32,000 nt of DNA from an uncultured Lentisphaeria bacterium (lineage in GTDB: Bacteria > Verrucomicrobiota > Lentisphaeria > JABSQK01 > JAJFLO01): contig OX638337.1 in assembly GCA_951812855.1 (NCBI GenBank), positions 210,001 to 242,000 on the forward strand, in the 5' to 3' direction. The notes under the pieces are model-generated. The model was not told the origin of the DNA, searched no databases, and worked only from the letters and a program-made list of their open reading frames with translations. Shown in pieces: positions 29,606-32,000 of this stretch. Made by a program: the position numbers and the translations under genes. Numbering within the stretch: position 1 is the first letter of the stretch; each line of letters starts with the position of its first letter.

Positions 29606-29941
29606 GACTAAAAACAGGCTGTTTAACACCACTTGAAACAACTATGACAACAATCACAGTTATCTGATTTACTACCACAACACAACCACAATTACGTACT
29701 GAAAGCATTTGAGGACATCAGTCTGGAAATGTCTTACCCACTTCGGGATACCGGTCGGGCATATGACACATTAGTCCAAATAGGCAAAGCTGAAATTTAT
29801 TACAAAGCAGCCCTCAAAATAGAACAACACAATCGTGATCAATTCGATCAGAATATTTCAATAGAAACAAAGACTCTATTGGCATCGGCTTGGAGAAAAC
29901 AGGGCTTAAAATCGCATTAGTGACTTTGGCAGTGACCATTA

Positions 29942-30253
29942 TCAAACTAAGTTTCTCATAAAGAAATCAGATGAATTATCTGAGTCAGTACAAAAGTAAA
30001 ACCGATAGACACTTCTGAGCTGAATATTTCCTATTCCTTCACCGCTGAAACGGGTAATCAGAAAACGCGGGCGGACTCCTTTATGACGATATTCTGCCTT
30101 GATAATCAAACGTCGTTTCCAACTTCCGGCACCATAGATGGTATCTCTAAAACCGGTTTGGTTTTGACCTGTGTGGCGATACGCTGCACATTCAGGATAA
30201 GAGTAATCATAATGTTTACCACAGAGAATTCCCTTCCTGTTTCCTGAAAAAGT
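29942..30253 (-). mobile_element. DDE transposase remnant, IS1380/IS4-type (no start codon, C-terminal region degenerate)
   Basis: Minus-strand open frame ..FRDTIYGAGSWKRRLIIKAEYRHKGVRPRFLITRFSGEGIGNIQLRSVYRFYFCTDSDNSS.. It resembles the conserved F.Y.A.SW...RRVI.K.E....G.NPRF.VTNL......Y..Y..RG..EN block of IS1380-type transposases. The RG..EN part is not preserved. From memory only. Confidence 0.45.
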
Positions 30254-30303
30254 TTAGTTGTTGCAATGCCTGTTTAGCACATTATATCATTTCAGAAATC
30301 TTC

Positions 30304-31206
30304 TTATTTTTTATTTTGGGAACAGGATAAAATAAAACTCTCTATTTTCTGATAGGATTCCGATCCCTTAAAAACAATAAGATCATTGTGGGCAGCATGT
30401 TCAACCTCGACAAATTCTTTTGGCTCTTCAGCTGATTCATACAATAAACGACCCTGTTCGAATGGTACTGTTTCGTCCGCAGTTCCGTGAATAAATAATT
30501 TTGGGCATTTTATGCGTGGAATTTTACTTAGTGAATCCATTTGGGTACGAATTAAAAAATGTGGAATAAACGGCATTTGCAGAGATGCCATATCTCTGAT
30601 CGATGTAAAACTTGATTGAATGATCAAGCCTGCTGAATTTTGTGTTGCTGCCAGATCAACAGCACCAACACCGCCCAATGAAACGCCGTAAATTATAATT
30701 GAGTCGGGTTTATAATGATATCGGTCTTGAAGTAAATTCCATGCTGCTGACACATCCATATACATGCCATTTTCATCTGGTCGTCCCTCACTCATTCCGT
30801 ACCCGCGATAGTCAAAAATAAAAATATTAACTGACATCTCCATCATCGATATCAACTGTTCGTAACGGTCCGTTATATTACCTGCATTACCGTGACACCA
30901 CAAAACAATCATATTTGATAAATCGTAATTCGATGCATTTTCTCCTGGAGGAGATACCGATCCATACCAGCCATGCAATTTTACACCGTCTGAGGCAGTA
31001 AACCATTCCTCTGAAATTGAATATTTCAGCCCTGAATTTCCCGAAACCGGCTGGTCGAGTAAATGCCAACGGCCATTGGGCCATTTTGCGGGAAAGAAAA
31101 TTAGTTTTTCCTCAAATATCATAATAATGACTATAAGTCCTACATAAGACAATAAAATGATTCGCAGTATTCTCCAGACATACGTTATGGAGACAGGTGA
31201 TTTCAT
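30304..31206 (-). CDS. Membrane-anchored alpha/beta hydrolase (Bem46/ABHD12-13-like serine hydrolase)
   Basis: N-terminal TM helix, HGNAGN oxyanion region, nucleophile elbow GVSLGG, and later GTADE and H..HND consistent with a Ser-Asp-His triad. Confidence 0.8.
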   Translation of the reverse strand: MKSPVSITYVWRILRIILLSYVGLIVIIMIFEEKLIFFPAKWPNGRWHLLDQPVSGNSGLKYSISEEWFTASDGVKLHGWYGSVSPPGENASNYDLSNMIVLWCHGNAGNITDRYEQLISMMEMSVNIFIFDYRGYGMSEGRPDENGMYMDVSAAWNLLQDRYHYKPDSIIIYGVSLGGVGAVDLAATQNSAGLIIQSSFTSIRDMASLQMPFIPHFLIRTQMDSLSKIPRIKCPKLFIHGTADETVPFEQGRLLYESAEEPKEFVEVEHAAHNDLIVFKGSESYQKIESFILSCSQNKK

Positions 31207-31614
31207 ATCGAGCTTTCAACGGATCAAAACCAACTCTAATTCAGTCAGAAACAGTCATTTGGACAATCGTTACTGCTGGAGGCTTCAGAAAAACTCAAGA
31301 GTATTTTGGCTGTGAAATTATAATCTGTTCAGTCCCTGCCCTTCGATACGTGCTAATCATTGCAACACTATGTCAATCTAAAAGTTGAAGCCAATACTAT
31401 AGAATGATTACCTATTCTATTCAACAGGGAGGTGTTATCAAGAGATTGATTTGATTTTTAAAGTTCATTTTTACCAAATCTAAATACCAGAGTCTATCCG
31501 GTTAAATCTGACAACACTCTGTGGAAATTTTTAATTATTATTGCTTTTAATGGCAGGGGCGAGAACTATTTTTAATTTTGATTTTTAAAAATTCATTTTT
31601 GTAATTGTGTAATC

Positions 31615-32000
31615 GTGAAAAAAAATAAGCGTCTCTCAATCAATCTCAGTACCATCGGCGAAAACGGCCGATCGATCCAGGGCAGGCTGCCTTCTTCTAT
31701 CTTTGAGATAAAAAGTCTTAACTATCTGGAATGTTCAAGACCCATTGATTATAATTTGGATATAAGTATAGTGACACATTCTGTTTTAATTAAAGGACGG
31801 GTAAAGACATTGATCAAACGACAATGTGACCGTTGTTTAACCATGTGTGACTGTACAATTGAAAATATTAGAGTGTGTCATTACATACCCGTTACAGATG
31901 AAAAAATAATTGATTTTACCGATCAACTTCGTGAAGATATTTTAATAACGTTTCCTCAACGGTTCATTTGTGCCGAATCATGCCTTGGTTTGTGCGAATA
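31615..32000 (+). CDS. YceD/DUF177 family protein (partial, runs off the right edge)
   Basis: Own translation from the GTG at 31615: VKKNKRLSINLSTIGENGRSIQGRL...LIKGRVKTLIKRQCDRCL......REDILITFPQRFICAESCLGLCE. The C.RCL and C...C.GLC motifs are DUF177 hallmarks. It is absent from the ORF track because no stop lies in the window. Confidence 0.65.
   Translation, partial: MKKNKRLSINLSTIGENGRSIQGRLPSSIFEIKSLNYLECSRPIDYNLDISIVTHSVLIKGRVKTLIKRQCDRCLTMCDCTIENIRVCHYIPVTDEKIIDFTDQLREDILITFPQRFICAESCLGLCE

Noticed and set aside
29505-29708. 67-aa minus-strand ORF
   Set aside because: It is antisense to and almost entirely overlapping tRNA-Ser(CGA). Spurious.
29729-29920. 63-aa ORF (MSYPLRDTGRAYDTLVQIGKAEIYYKAALKIEQ...) as a possible TPR-like protein
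   Set aside because: It holds a single vaguely TPR-like helix pair at most, with no RBS or context. It is left uncalled and mentioned only as part of the degraded tRNA-Ser flank.
31449-31600. Roughly 22-bp direct repeat (TTGATTTTTAAAgTTCATTTTT / TTGATTTTTAAAaaTTCATTTTT) about 120 bp apart upstream of yceD
   Set aside because: It is very AT-rich and low-complexity, with only two imperfect copies. It could be promoter UP-like sequence or chance, and is not enough for a regulatory call.

Overview
AT-rich bacterial chromosomal window (roughly mid-30s % GC by eye). The organism is diderm: LolCE/LolD, RseP, heptose-LPS and dTDP-rhamnose genes are present. The window includes dnaA and a probable replication origin. 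I can support about 26 apparently intact, mostly housekeeping CDS: arfB, an MBL-fold hydrolase, a DUF928 protein, gnd, an M42 peptidase, rseP, a YtoQ-family protein, thiC, an HCF101-like Mrp/ApbC, a bacilliredoxin, trxA, uppP, rfbB, rfbD, a TatA/B-like protein, an aldo-keto reductase, hisD, a DUF151 nuclease, dnaA, lolC/E, lolD, hldC, a PreP-like M16 protease, an alpha/beta hydrolase, and partial xerC/D-like and yceD-like genes at the two edges. There are four tRNA genes (Ala-GGC, Arg-TCT, Arg-CCG, Ser-CGA), all with an encoded 3' CCA. The window also holds many short gene remnants that the ORF track does not explain: two inverted IS256-family transposase remnants, an IS1380/IS4-type transposase remnant, two halves of a Ser/Thr kinase on opposite strands, a WecA/MraY-type glycosyltransferase fragment abutting tRNA-Ala, and an FGE-sulfatase-domain tail. 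I found no CRISPR array, rRNA, recognisable defence or toxin system, or biosynthetic cluster, and I cannot honestly point to a convincing novel multi-gene system. The most interesting signals are structural and evolutionary. These are genome decay, possible inversions (one spanning dnaA/oriC), an atypical dnaA neighbourhood, and a co-directional thiC / Fe-S carrier / thiol-redox cluster. All family assignments come from my own reading of the translations and motif memory; no searches were run.
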